A stretch of 64,000 nt of DNA from Octopus vulgaris. Taxonomy: Eukaryota. The position numbers were made by a program, and so were the translations under genes. The DNA lies in contig OX597820.1 in NCBI GenBank assembly GCA_951406725.2, positions 113,212,001 to 113,276,000 of the forward strand. The letters are read 5' to 3'. Below, one piece after another: positions 1-13,666 of the stretch (position 1 is its first letter; every line of letters starts with the position of its first letter). The notes under the pieces are model-generated. The model did no database searches, had not been told where the DNA came from, and saw only the letters and a list, made by a program, of their open reading frames with translations.

Positions 1-429
1 GCTCGCACATTAATCCCACATTAGATATACTTAAAGTTGTGCTTCTTAAATTCAGTGCATATAATTACATAGCGACAAATAAACTGCCTTGGATTTTATC
101 GTCAACCAATACATTGTCTATAAAATCATCAAGACAAGCGTTGTACATTTTCATCTGTATACACATCACAAAACATGTAATATATATATATAAAGGAGAG
201 CTGGCAGAATCGTGAGCAAACCGGGCAACACGCTTAGAATCATCTATAACTTGCAGTAAACAACATTTATTAAACATTATTACTGTTATTTCTTTGTTTT
301 CTGCAAACAAAATGCACAAATAAGCTACACGTTTCAATTATGTTATATATACAATAATAATAAAGGACTTTACTGTATACATTTTTACAAACCAAGGACG
401 TTATATAGACCTCCTTGACTCAAGTTAGA

Positions 430-537
430 GAAGGGGTGCGTATTATACACAAGGTTTAGGTTTTTCAGAGGTACAGCCTCCTAAAAATCCTCTGCGTATT
501 ATACTCAAGGGCGGACTATACTCGAGGATTTACGGTA
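430..537. mobile_element. Terminal fragment of a pogo/Tc2-like DNA transposon
   Basis: Ends ...GGACTATACTCGAGGATTTACGG|TA, preceded by repeated TGCGTATTATAC motifs, as in pogo/Tc2-type termini. The other end was not found. Confidence 0.4.
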
Positions 538-1228
538 GTTATAGTATCATGAAACTATTAGTAGCTCTTTCGGTTGTGTAATGTGTGTGTACAGACGCGT
601 ATTAAAATACTTTCCGCAATAAACATACGCTGGAATTAAAATGCTCCGCGGAGTCTCTGACATGAGGTATGGGCACTCAGTACCGTGTGTAATGCTTCAT
701 ATAATCAAAGTGATTACGTAACACCTGTTCTTTTTGTCATTCGAAAATTGAGATATATAACGTTCTATACATAATGCTTGTAACTAGGATTATGTAAGTT
801 TAGAAAAATCGTAATTTGTCTGGTCAAAAGACGAACTATTTATATGTACGGATTTTGTATTATAATATTTCATAGACATAACACGTAGGCAAGGAGATTT
901 ACTGAAATAAAACGGTTGTGACATCGGTAATCCGAATAACCGAGAACATCTGCGGAAAACTTTCTGTATGAGAATTCAATAGACTTATCTCTCTTTTACA
1001 CGTGTGTGTGTGTGTGAAACTCAGAGACGCTGATGCGAAAGTGGAGAACGAACAAAGAGGACGAGAGCAGATCTCAGGCAATGATCAGGAAATTATCAGT
1101 TTGTCTTATTATTGAAGCAAGAAGTGAACCGAAATAATTTCTTTGAGCTTGTTGACTATAAAATTTAAAACCTGGCTCCAGTATCCGAATTAAGAAATAG
1201 GCGTCGTTTCATTTTGATTCATTATAAG

Positions 1229-1361
<133 letters not shown>

Positions 1362-1536
1362 AGATAAATGAACAAATGACGTAATGCCCTATATACAATA
1401 AGTGATCAGGCTGATTTATAAAAAACAATTTTAATCCCTTATATTTTATAAAATTTAATACCAAATATTAATAAACATGTAACTTCATTATTCTCTGGTG
1501 TGATTACTTACATTCATGCTTCTCAATATTGTAATT

Positions 1537-1832
1537 GTGGAGGCACATGGCCTAGTGGTTAGAGCAGCGGACTCGGGATCGCGGGTTCGAATCTCAGACC
1601 GGGCGATGTGTGTGTTTATGAGCGAAACACCTAAGCTCCACGTGGCTCCGGCAGAAGGTAATGGTGAAACTTCTGCTGACTCTTTCGCCACAACTTTCTC
1701 TAACGCTTTCCTCCTGCATCTTGCAGCTCACCTGCGATGGACCGGCGTCCCGTCCAGGTGGGGAACCTATACGTCGGGAAACCGGCCGTAATGAGCCAGG
1801 CGTGGCTCGAGAAGGAACAAATAAAACAACAA
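1537..1832 (+). mobile_element. tRNA-derived SINE, family A, tail type 1
   Basis: A-box TGGCCTAGTGG and B-box GGTTCGAATC. The 5' ~160 bp is shared with 3919-4210. A/AAC-rich tail. Confidence 0.85.
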
Positions 1833-2550
1833 AATATTGTAATTAGGGTCTTCGTGGACTTTGCAGTTAAAGTAAAATACACAACTACTATTTCTGTTAC
1901 CAATCATAAAAAATAAACCGAGAGATATTTTATGCGATCCACCCTACACCTGACAGGTGTCAACTAATTTTGCAAGGTGTCTTCATAAATCAAATCACTT
2001 CCATTTTCCAATGATATCTTAAATTATCTTAAAATTTTAAAGAGAAATTTGAGTAAGTTAGACTGTTCTTGTTATACAACATCAATATCAGTAATTAAAT
2101 TGGCCCCAGATAATTCTATCCCTAACTGTAATCGTCTCCCTATACATTTAACTACGCCTTGCAAACTGTTCAGTCAGTTTGCCCAGAATCTTTGCGAGCA
2201 TATCTGGTTTCTAAAAGAAACCGGTGCGACGGTTTTTAGAATTCAATTGTCAGTTGTCGGTCGTTATTCCCTATTTGCACATGGCAGCTTTCACTGAAAA
2301 TTATTCTGTAAGCTTTATACTTAAGCGAGAAATAAATTATTCATTTTATTCCACGGCATTTATGGATTAAATAATGTATACGAGATGTTAGGAGTGCTGT
2401 AGGCACGCTTCAGAATACTTACTTTGCAGTCATATACTCTTAGATGCATAATTCTAGGTACAATATTGATAATATTACTTCTGTTTAAAAAATAATTTAT
2501 AGATTACTAAAAAATCCAGATGCGTCTCCCTTGCATACACAAAAATATTG

Positions 2551-2679
2551 GATCTTTTCGGTTTGAACGGCAGTTTTTAACATAATTTCTAGGTAACTAA
2601 AATTTTTAAACTTTGTATACTGGTAGAATGTGTTTATAAAACATCTTTTTCTCTTGGCTTTATTGAGAAAATTCTATAG
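2551..2679 (+). mobile_element. Left-end fragment of the MITE family at 15629-16044
   Basis: Near-identical to the first ~130 bp of that element (GATCTTTTCGGTTTGAACGGCAGTTTTT...). Confidence 0.85.
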
Positions 2680-2682
2680 GTT

Positions 2683-3419
2683 CCTCGGCGGAATTTAAAC
2701 TCAGATCGTAACGGCAGACGAAATACGGCTACGCATTTCGCCCGACGTGCTAACGTTTCTGCCAGCTCGCTGCTTTATGTGTGTGTAAATATTGGTTTCA
2801 AATTTTTCCACAAGGGCAGCTTGCGGGAGGTGGGAACGAGTCGATTACATCGACCCTAGTGTTTAACTGCTACTTATCTTATCGACCCCGAAAGAAAGGA
2901 AGGTAAAGTCGACTTCGGCGGAATTTGAACTCAGAACATACTAACAGGCGAAATACCGCCAAGCATTTCGTCCAGCGCGCTAACGATTCATTTTTACTCT
3001 AGGCATAAGGCCCGAAATTTTTGGGCAGGGGGCCAGTCGATTAGATCGACCGCAGTACGCAACTGGTACATAATTTATCGACTCCGAAAGGATGGAAGGC
3101 AAAGTCGACCTCGCCGGAATTTGAACTCAGAACGTAACGACAGACGAAACACCGCTAAGCATTTCGCCCGGTGTGCTAACGTTTCTTATTTCGTTATTGC
3201 CCACAAGGGGCTAAACATAGAGGGGGCAATCAAGGACAGACAAAGGGATTAAGTCGATTACATCGACCCCCAGTGCGTAACTGGTACTTAATTTATCGAC
3301 CCCGAAAGGATGAAAGGCAAAGTCGACCTCGGCGGAATTTGAACTCAGAACGTAACGGCAGACGAAATCCTGCTAAGCATTTCGCCCGGCGTGCTAACGT
3401 TTCTGCCAGCTCGCCGCCT
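2683..3419 (-). mobile_element. Cluster of about 4 tandem SINE copies, family B
   Basis: Repeated reverse complement of GGCGGCGAGCTGGCAGAAACGTTAGCAC...GAGTTCAAATTCCGCCGAGGTCGACTTTGCCTTTCATCCTTTCGGGGTCGATAAA. Same family at 23426, 23664, 60197 and 61302. Confidence 0.9.
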
Positions 3420-3918
3420 CGATGTGTGTGCAAATAATGACAAAAAGAAAGTTTAGAATTAATGAGTAGAATTAATGGAGGTATCGTTTTCCTCAATGTA
3501 CGGTTGTATGATTTTAAATTTTCCTCGGGGAATGAGCAGAAATACTGCATAAATATTCTCTTTCTCCCTCCCCCCTCTCACTTTCTTTCTGCATGTCCAC
3601 TTCTACATATGTGTGTGTTTATGTGTATGGATGTATGTGTGTGAGTATGTTTTTTTTTTTAAAAAGCTTAAATTATTATATGAATGAAGAACGCAATGCT
3701 TAAAGTATAGTTAAGTTTATTTGAAGAAAGTTGACGGAGATATCGAGGTTTCGACAAGACTATCTTGGAAACGGTAATTAGTTATATGAATATACTTAAA
3801 ATATCTACCGTGTGGAGCGAATTGTTTATAACGGATGGAAAAGCAGAATGAAGAAGCATAACAGGGAGCAGACATTTGAAAATGTAATCCAACATGATAT
3901 TTATATACATATATATAT

Positions 3919-4206
3919 ATGGCCCAGTGGTTAGGGCAGCGGACTCGCGGTCGTAGGATCGCGGTTTCGATTCCCAGACCGGACGTTGTGAGTGTTTATT
4001 GAGCGAAAACACCTAAAGCTCCTCGAGGCTCCGGCAGGGGGTGGTGGCGATCCCTGCTGTACTCTTTCGCCACAACTTTCTCTCACTCTTTCTTCTGTTG
4101 GCCTGCTCGCCTAGCCAGCGGGGTGGCGTCATTTGAAGGCTAAAATAATTCGAAGCGCATTGTGACCAGCGATGTGTAGCAACATCTGATAGAATGGTCG
4201 GTCACG

Positions 4207-4210
<4 letters not shown>
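3919..4210 (+). mobile_element. tRNA-derived SINE, family A, tail type 2
   Basis: TGGCCCAGTGGTTAGGGCAGCGGACTCG head with B-box-like GTTTCGATTCC. Flanked by (TA)n on both sides. Confidence 0.85.
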
Positions 4211-4267
<57 letters not shown>

Positions 4268-4344
4268 TATACGTGATATGCAGTATCTCTTCTCAGCGAA
4301 TATGTAGAACATATGTATTTATATATAGACTCAGGATTGTCTAT

Positions 4345-4530
4345 ATGATAATAAGTTTGCTTCCCGATCACATGGTTCCAGGTTCAGTCCTACAGCGTGG
4401 CACCTTGGGCAAGTGTCGTCTTCTATAGACTCGGGCCGACCAAAGCCTTGTAAGTGGATTTCATAGACAGAAAGAAGACCGGAGTGTGTGTGTACGAGAG
4501 AGAGAGACAGAGAGACAGAGAGACAGAGAC

Positions 4531-4574
<44 letters not shown>

Positions 4575-4790
4575 CGTCCCACTACCGCTTGACAACCGAT
4601 GCTGGTGTGTTTACGTCCCAGTAAACTAACATTTCGGAAAAAATAAAAAAAAATAAAAATCGATAGAATAAGGCTTTAAAAAAAGATAAAGTATGGGGTT
4701 TGATTCCTTCGGCTAAAATTCTTCAAGGCGGTGCCCCAGCACGGCCGTAGGTTAATGAGTGGCATAAGTAAAAGATAAAGATAAAATAAG
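4345..4790 (+). mobile_element. SINE family C (CORE-like) with internal (AG)n
   Basis: GGTTCAGTCC box, GGCACCTTGGGCAAGTGTC core and GGCGGTGCCCCAGCA tail. Homologous to 34068-34490. Confidence 0.85.
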
Positions 4791-4881
4791 TTTGACTCGG
4801 CTTCACTCGAAAGCTTTGTGGACGCGTCCTTCTCGTCGAAACCTTAAGTCGTGCGGCGCTGAGACAAACTGTTATTAAATA

Positions 4882-5135
4882 TACCTTCTCCTCGACTTAC
4901 GACCAAGTTCGGTTCCGACTGGTAGGTCGTAAGCCGATCTGGTCGTGTGATACTTGAAAGCGACTGAGTGAGACACAGTGGCAGGCAGTGGATGCTTGGG
5001 TCTGCGGGAGACCTGCGTTGCTAGATGCTGCCATAGTTATCGCACGCACATTTGCCTAACGTCCGAAAATCGATTTTTGCTATTTATTTATTTATTTTCT
5101 TACATTTTGCGGTCGTAAGTCGCATTTTGTATAAG
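4882..5135. mobile_element. Degraded Tigger-like MITE
   Basis: CCTCGACTTACGACC...GTTCCGAC...GGTCGTAAG motif, with its inverse GGTCGTAAGTCG near 5111. Confidence 0.4.
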
Positions 5136-5169
5136 CACCAAGAAATTTCATATAAGTTAAATTATAATT

Positions 5170-5203
<34 letters not shown>

Positions 5204-5204
<1 letters not shown>

Positions 5205-5328
5205 AGTGCCGGATTTAGGACAATTGGGGCCCTATGCTAGTTAAGTTATGAGGCCCATTACTTGGACAGGGCCCTGTTGACCAGGGGCCTTTTAAGCACA
5301 CCTAAACACAATGGTAAATCCGGCACTG
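5204..5328. mobile_element. 125-bp hAT-type MITE
   Basis: TIRs TAGTGCCGGATTTA / TAAATCCGGCACTG. 8-bp TSD TATATACC / TGTATACC (7/8 match). Confidence 0.85.
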
Positions 5329-5519
5329 TGTATACCATATTTACTGGGTGGCAAAAGTATACTTCCGAAGTGACCCATTATATGATGGATAACACCCTGG
5401 TATCATTATAGTTCCTCTATATCTGTTAACCCCACTACGTTTTTTTTTTTTTGAGATCTATCCGAATCGCTTTGCACAAAAAAAATGTTTTCGTTATACA
5501 CCCAAAGTATTTATTCCTA

Positions 5520-6020
5520 TCTTTTATCTCTTATTTGTTTCAGCCAGCGGACTGCGGTCATGCTGGAGCACAGACTTGAAGGCTATAGTCGAATAAATTG
5601 ATCCCAGTACTTTTTTTAAAGTCTAGTACAGTGGTTCCCCAGCTTTTCACTATCAAGGATTCCTTTTATATAAGTGAGTTTACCCACGGACCCCAGGATA
5701 TTGAAAGGTCTGTCAGCTTAACATGTTCACTGACCCCCAGTACTACATTTGCGGACCACCAGGGGTCCACGGACCACAGGTTGGGAATCATTGGTCTAGT
5801 ACTTATTCTATCGGACTCTTTTACCGAACCGCCAAGTTAAACACACCAGCAGCTGTGGCGAGACAATTACACGTACGCGCTCGCGCACACACAAACACAT
5901 GCATGAAGGCTTTGGTCGGACCTAAGCTATAGAAGAAAACACACGCCCAAATTGCCCCGTTGTAGGACTGAACCCGGAGCCATGTAGTTGGGAAAGAAGC
6001 TTCTTACCACACAGCCACAC
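5520..6020 (-). mobile_element. SINE family C interrupted by a hAT MITE
   Basis: Reverse-complement homology to 34068-34490 on both sides of 5629-5793. Confidence 0.8.
5629..5793. mobile_element. 165-bp hAT-Charlie-like MITE
   Basis: TIRs CAGTGGTTCCCCAGC / GTTGGGAATCATTG. Perfect 8-bp TSD GTCTAGTA at 5621-5628 and 5794-5801. Confidence 0.92.
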
Positions 6021-6424
6021 TTAGTTAATATAACTCATTCCTGCAATTTTAAATTCATTTTTAATGTTGATTTCAATTATTTGAGCACTCTCGTGAAGTC
6101 CTTCAAATCGCTAATTGAGCGCATTCAGGTTCTCGATGTTTCGGCTGTTTACATACATCACCGGTTTCTCCACGACATTATAGAAGCAGTAAGTTTTCTC
6201 GTATCATTCTGTAGTTCTTCAGATGAAGACATGTTATCTATTAAATGGAATGCATTAGAATTTGAAGACCGTAATGACAAAATGAATAACAAACAACAAC
6301 CCGCGCAAGAAAACTGTGAAGAGGTACATGAAGGATTCAGGTGTTGGAAATAATCTGTAACCATAATATAAGAATATCAAGCCTTGAGAGAAAGCAACGC
6401 ATATATTATATAGGGAGTGAATAG

Positions 6425-6566
6425 GAGAGAGAGAGAGAGAGAGAGAGAGAAGGGAGAAAAAGAGAAACAGAAGGGAGAAAGAGAGAGAGTGCGGTAGGAG
6501 TGACAGTTTTCGCTCCTCCGGTTCTATGCACCAAAGAGCTAGAGAGAGAAATTTTGTCTTCTATCC

Positions 6567-6653
<87 letters not shown>

Positions 6654-6808
6654 CATCTATCTATCTATCTATCCATCTATCTATCTATCTATATCTCTCT
6701 CTCTATATATATTTATATACACACACACACAGAGACACACAAACCCATCTATCAATCTATCTATTACCTATGTACCTGTCTGTCTTTCAAGCTATTTATT
6801 TATTTATT

Positions 6809-6861
<53 letters not shown>

Positions 6862-7002
6862 AAGGAGAAGGAACAGTGACAAACCTTGTAATAATCTTTA
6901 GCTATACTATGACATAATCTGGCACTAGAAACACAGCTGGCGCTTTAACCATTTCTACCACGCTCCGCATGTCACGTGATGTGTATTGCTATCTGTACAT
7001 TC

Positions 7003-7036
<34 letters not shown>

Positions 7037-7237
7037 CGAGTGGTAACGGGGGAATGTGAATGTGCCCAGTGTTATAAATTAGTACGGCAGATATTTAGAG
7101 AGATAAAGATGCGTGGTAGGGATCTAGGGATCTAACACAGGTTGAAGGGTCCCAGATTTTGAGGAAGTGTAAATCGGTGATTTACGACCGCGTCTAAAAC
7201 AGCCAAGATGTTGAATGGAAGGAACAATAATTAAAAT

Positions 7238-7270
<33 letters not shown>

Positions 7271-7907
7271 AATAATAATAATAATAACATTAACAATAAT
7301 AATAGTGGTGGTAGTGGTGATGGCGGCGACAGTGAAGGAGAAGGAGGAGGAGAAGAAGAAGAAGAAGAAGAAGAAGAAGAAGAAGAAGAAGAAGAAGAAG
7401 AAGAAGAAGAAGAAGAAGAAGAAGAAATAAGCTGACTTTGGAGGAATTTCAAGATAAGTGTAAGAAAGAAACAGTTGGATGGATGGATAAATTTAAAACC
7501 AGACAGACAGACAGACAGACAGACAAATAGAGAGATGGATGGAGGGGGAGGGGGGAGGGAAAATATATAAATATGCAATATGAGAAAGAGAAGAGGTGGA
7601 GGAATAGTCAGAAAGAGAGAGAGGGGGGAGAGGGGGAGAGAGGGGGGAGAGAGAGAAGGATAGAAAGAGTGGGGAGGGGCATTATTGATGTGTTTATATA
7701 GCAATAAATCTAGTGGCATACATTTCAAGATCGCAACAACAGAATGAATGAAACCCGAAGAATAGATCTGCTGCTGCTGCTGCTGCTGCTACTACTACTA
7801 CAGATTATGCTGTTGTTGTTGATAGTTATGATAGGATGATAGTAATTGCTTGCCCAGTCAACTTGTTATTGTCACATGCAGTGTCTCTATCACTATCTAT
7901 CTATCTA

Positions 7908-8001
<94 letters not shown>
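6425..8001. repeat. Microsatellite cluster: (AG)n, (TATC)n, (GT)n, (AAC)n, (AAT)n, (GAA)n, (CT)n(TA)n
   Basis: Seen directly; explains the low-complexity ORFs here. Confidence 0.95.
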
Positions 8002-8005
<4 letters not shown>

Positions 8006-8639
8006 TGTGTGTGGGGAGAGATTAGTGCATCGTTGTGTTGTGGTTAGATGGAGCAGTGTTGTTGATGATGAGGACACGAGCTTTTCATAAACGAAGGATG
8101 AGACAGACATTTCAGTAATCACGAAGCAGAGAAAGGGGTGGGGTAGACAGACAGACAGACAGACAGGGGTGGATTATAGACTCTGTATTTCATGAGCTGA
8201 CTCGGCTGAGTAGTCATAGCATCGCACCGAGATGCTTCGTGGTATTTCTATCAACAGGTTCTCTGCGACCTGGGTTCAAATTCCGCTGAGGTAAACTATC
8301 TTTTTTCGGGGTCGATACTGTGACCCAAGGTAGCGTATCGGCTGAACCGTAAGAACATCGGACCGGATGTCTCGCATTATTTGTTCCGGCTTTTCTGTTC
8401 TGATTTCAAATCCCACTATGGCCTACTTAAGTGGTAGCCTGAATCCCCTAAGCCAGTTTAACATCACCACCTAACATCTTGTGTACCTTTATTAGGGTCA
8501 ACTTTCTTGCAAGCATTCAGCTTGGGTTTCCGGTTTGAAGAAACCGTCCTCATTCTCACCCACCACCTCCACCACCAACCTCGGAGCCTCTGTAAAGGGC
8601 CTCAGACACTGCTCTTTCTCCTGTCCAAAGTATCATCGT

Positions 8640-8856
8640 TTAGCTTTTAGTTGTTTTAGTCATAAAACTATGGTCATACTGGGGCATCGGCTTGAAAAAT
8701 CTTAGTCGAACGAATCGACCGCAGTACATTTTTTTTTAAAGCCTGGAACTTTTTATATCGCTCTCTTTTGGCCGAACTGCGAAGATGTGGGGACGTACAC
8801 ACCAGCACCGGTTGACCAGCGATGGTGAAACACACACACACACACACACACACACG

Positions 8857-8894
<38 letters not shown>

Positions 8895-9055
8895 GAACTC
8901 TTTCATTTTCTGTCGGCCAAATCAACTCACAAAGCATTTATTCAACTCGAGACTAAACTAAAAAACACTTGCCCAAGGTTACAACGCAGTGGGACTGAAC
9001 CTAGAACCATGAAATTAAGAACCAAACTTCTTATACCATACAGTCACGCCTGCGA
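8640..9055 (-). mobile_element. SINE family C with internal (CA)n
   Basis: CACTTGCCCAAGGT...CGCAGTGGGACTGAACC is the reverse complement of the family C head and core. Confidence 0.8.
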
Positions 9056-9060
9056 CTAAC

Positions 9061-9111
<51 letters not shown>

Positions 9112-9436
9112 TGTATGTATGTATGTATGTATGTATGTATGTATGTATTGTCACTTCGAGAGAAGGGCGTAGTTTAAAGAATTTAACAGGTTGTTTCGAT
9201 CTTCACTATAGCTTCAACGAGTTTCAGTGCAATTTTCTTCAAATTTTATCCAAGATTGTGTGTTTTAGATTTTGTGCGAGCGCGATTTTGTGTGAGTGCC
9301 TGTTTTTCATGCACAATCGCATATGTTTACAGAATAATTTCTAAGAATGTATTTCAATTAAATTTTTCAAAGGTTTGGCATAATAATCTTAAGATCTGCG
9401 TGTTTAGAATCATGTGTGTATAGATATATACATACA

Positions 9437-9502
<66 letters not shown>

Positions 9503-9684
9503 TACACACAACACTGTCGTAAAATAAACACGCACGAGCCATTTTGCTATCATATACTTCTACAAGAACATATGATGTATATGGTGGAGGTGGGAGTGTA
9601 TGTATATAAACACATACATACAAGTAAACAAATATTTATATATATATGCATACGCATGAATATATATGTGCATATATATGTGTT

Positions 9685-9738
<54 letters not shown>

Positions 9739-9774
9739 AACACATACATGTATGTATGTATGTATGTATGTATG

Positions 9775-9833
<59 letters not shown>

Positions 9834-9867
9834 AACACACAGATATGGCAAAGTGATACAGACATAC

Positions 9868-9942
9868 ATGGTGGTCTTCCGCAATGAAATTCACCCAGGC
9901 AGTCTGCACTTTAGAGATGAAGTTTCCAGGTGCAACATTGAC
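9868..9942 (-). other. Candidate spliced exon (75 nt)
   Basis: aag|GTC...CAT|gtatgt. Open in phase 0 (VNVAPGNFISKVQTAWVNFIAEDHH). The acceptor is weak. Confidence 0.2.
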
Positions 9943-9967
9943 CTTACACACACACACTCATTCAGAA

Positions 9968-9998
<31 letters not shown>

Positions 9999-10208
9999 TA
10001 AGCATACGTATATACATAAATGTACATATATATTTATTCATAGCAATGTGTATATATATATGCACACAGATAGGTGCACGCATGCATTGCACTCCCCCAA
10101 GAAATACACCGTGTGAGACACGTAATATTAGTTGATAGAAAAAGGAAAGGAAGTTAGGAAGGAAGGAAGTAGGAAAGAGAGAAAGCGATTGAATGTTGAT
10201 CACCTTAC

Positions 10209-10288
10209 CTGATGATTGAGGTATCCACGGAACACGATGCACATGGTTGCTGGTGAAGATAGAACCAATGAGAGACACATCAAAATTA
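10209..10288 (-). other. Candidate spliced exon (80 nt)
   Basis: ttgcag|TAA...CAG|gtaagg. A unique island between microsatellites that joins in frame to 9868-9942. Confidence 0.25.
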
Positions 10289-10563
10289 CTGCAACGACCG
10301 CAGTAGATATCACACTCACACACACACACACACACTCACACACACTCACACACAGACACACACACACACACGTAATACAGAGGCAACACATACACAGACA
10401 CACACCCGCATGAATGTGTGCGTATATATATATATATATATTCACTCACGTATATATATATATATATATATATGTCTGTGTGTGTATTTTCTCGAACCTA
10501 CATTATTTATCACCTTCAACTATACTCCAAACATTACCTGGCCCCCACCCAAATAACAAGTAA

Positions 10564-10612
<49 letters not shown>

Positions 10613-11244
10613 TGAAGAAGACGAAGAAGAAGAAGAAGAAGAAGATGAAGAAGAAGAAGAAGAAGAAGAAGAAGAAGAAGAAGAAGAAGAAGAAGAAGAA
10701 GAAGAAGAAGAAGAAGAAGAAGAAGAAGAAACAAATAAACAAACAACATAAAAGGTGTGCGCGTGCGAAGGTGCGGGGGAGTTCGATCGATTGTTAGCGC
10801 GCATTTGTTATTGTTGCTATTGATGTTGTTGTAGTAGTTGATAGTGGTGTTGTTATTGGTGGCGGCGATGGTGATGCTGTTGTTGTTATTAGAGGTGGTG
10901 GTAGTGGTGGTGGTAGTGGTGGTGGTAGTGGTGGTCGAACGTCGATGATCAGAGATATTGGCTTTGGTAGTTGTTAACTAACAATAACAATGCCGATAAT
11001 CAAAGACGTTCCAAACGTGATCCTCATGTCAACTTGTTTCCACCCACCCCACTAGCAGTGTTATACAGACAATGGGACAATATTATCCGATTCCACTATC
11101 CATCCTTGCTTTTTTTTTTTTTTTTTTTTTTTGCACGCGTTTAACTGTCGTGTGTGGTTTTCAGGGGAATTTAACTGCTACTTCTAGCATTCTTCAGCTT
11201 CCTGTTGATAATGTTGGTGATGAGAGCAGTATCAGTTGCGAAAC

Positions 11245-11307
<63 letters not shown>

Positions 11308-12709
11308 GGTGGTGGTGGTGGTGGTGGTGGTGGTGGTGGTGGTGGTGGTCGCACTGTTGTTGATTGGGATGATAATTGGAAAAAAAATGTTGCTGTCTCT
11401 ACCCCAGATCAGTCAGTACGCGATCCAAAGATGTTCCAGCCGTGACCAACCCATCTTTTTGTGTCTTCGTGCAAGAAATGCATGGTTACTGCACTATCTA
11501 TCAAATGTTTCCTTCTGGTAAGACGTTAGATATGGTGATATGACGGTGATTTGACTGTTATTTCAGGCAGGCCGAGCATTCCTAATTGTTAATAGTAATA
11601 CTTAATTAACTATTAATTAATTAATTAGTTAACCCATCCTAATGCTACCCTCCCCTCCCCCCACCACCACACACACATACCCGATGCTACGTCTCGATAT
11701 CATCTGTCACCGAAGGAACATTGTCTTTCTGTTAGAAATAGCAACCAAATCTCCCTTAAATCACATTCTACTGTTTCAGAAAGTCAGGGATAATACAATG
11801 GATAATGTATGTCGTAGAGAACCTTAAAAATGTGAGATGACCCCGGATTGAATTCTTTTGATTATAAGCCTGCTCAAACGGCGTTGGCCTAGGGTTAAAC
11901 AACACTAACAATACGAGAGCACCAACAATCATCTTACAAAATTCTAAAACGTGTAAGAAGATCGATAGCTGTGATGATGATGATGATGATCATCGTGGTG
12001 GTGGTGGTGGTGGTGGTGGTGGTGGTGTAATGTCGGGTGAGGCTGTTAATGGTTATGTGACTTGCCTCCTTCCATATCATTCATCAACGATTCGAGCGTA
12101 TGTAACTGTGTGTTATGTCATCGTAAATAACATCATTCTTTTCTTCAGACAAATGGAAGTTAAGACTCAGCATCGTTGGGATCGAACGCGGAAACATAGG
12201 GTAGAAGAAGAAGAGACGAAACGAAATAGGTTGAAAGACAGTTCGTCCGACATGCAGCTTACCTTCTCTCACGCACACAGCAACAACAACAACAACAACA
12301 ACAACGACAACGACAACAATGATAACGATAGCGGTGAAAAAGAAATATTTTTATTAGTAAGGTAATAATAATAATCATAATATAATGATTTAATTTCATT
12401 GTCATAAGTTCATAATTTGGAAATATAGACTCAATGGAATCGATTTGAGGACATGAATATAAGACAACAACGCCAGTGTAATTAGGTGAGGTTCGAACGC
12501 CGAATGGCGAGTGACCAAACTGAATGCAAAACATTTAGTTTGACGCGGTACCAATTGTCATTCTACTGCTCTTCAATAGTAATATACCGATTTCCAAGGA
12601 CTGTATAAACGCAATCCCTTGGAAAGATTACTGGGGAAAGCCGAGCGTAGTTGGAATTATAAAGGTTTCTCACTTTGGCTGAAAATCCCCAATATGTAAC
12701 TGGGATACG

Positions 12710-12775
<66 letters not shown>

Positions 12776-13335
12776 ATGCTAAAAAGAATAAGGGTATAAA
12801 TCGAAGTAAATAAACACTTATTTGTTTTATCAATCACTGAAGAGATGAAAAATAAAGATCGATCGCATCCGAATTTGAACTCAGAAAATAAGGAAGAAGG
12901 ACAATAAGAATTTCATTCATTAACAACTTATCACAATCCTATTGACCACAATGTCACTCATTCAATTTTTTAAGTGAGTGGTCGGTTGGTGGAGGTACGA
13001 TTGATTTAGATAGACTCCAGTCTGGTTATTATTATTTTTGCCTTATCGACGACACCCAGAAGATTAAAGACAAAAGTCGAACCCCGTTGAGATTTGAACT
13101 TGGAAAGTCAACAATAACATTAGTATCTAGTAGTAAATAAACAAAGTTGAAAATTATTGGTTTATATTTTTCATTCTTCATTTTGTTATGCATCTGTCAG
13201 TTGTGTTGGTTAAAATTTTGGCTGCTTTGACTCAGAAAACAACAGCTGTCGGCAGACAGTGTAAACAAAGCCACCGAAATTAACCAACCTTGACAATCAC
13301 ATAACCAACACCACCCTCACCACCCTCACCACCAC

Positions 13336-13391
<56 letters not shown>

Positions 13392-13629
13392 TGTCTTCGT
13401 ATATCCCTGGATCATTCGCTGCAACAAGTGATCCAGAGAATGCAAGGATTAATAATAAACGTTTACAAACGAGACCAGCTTCCACCATCCGTCCATCGTC
13501 ACATTAATATAATAACGATGATGGTGATGATGGTGGTGATGACGGTGATGAAATTGACGACAATGATGATGATGATGGGATTTTGACGATTTATGGAAAT
13601 CGCAAAATTAATCTACACACATGCATGCA

Positions 13630-13666
<37 letters not shown>

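Larger units (their letters stand above)
9061..11349. repeat. Microsatellite cluster: (TA)n, (TATG)n, (TATC)n, (CA)n, (AAT)n, (GAA)n, (GTA)n(GTG)n
   Basis: Seen directly. Confidence 0.95.

Noticed and set aside
2683-3419. Repeat-spacer-like periodicity resembling a CRISPR array
   Set aside because: The units are ~100-230-bp SINE copies found dispersed elsewhere in the window; eukaryotic context with no cas genes.
11165-11245. Plus-strand acceptor ttttcag| followed by GNLTATSSILQLPVDNVGDESSISCET (vaguely Ig-like), and a similar island at about 13884-13990
   Set aside because: Weak donor, no consistent exon chain, and the opposite strand to the other candidates.
13297-13488. Minus-strand ORF starting with a signal-peptide-like MVEAGLVCKRLLLILAFSGSLVAA
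   Set aside because: No splice donor before it runs into (CTA)n, and no homology recognised.
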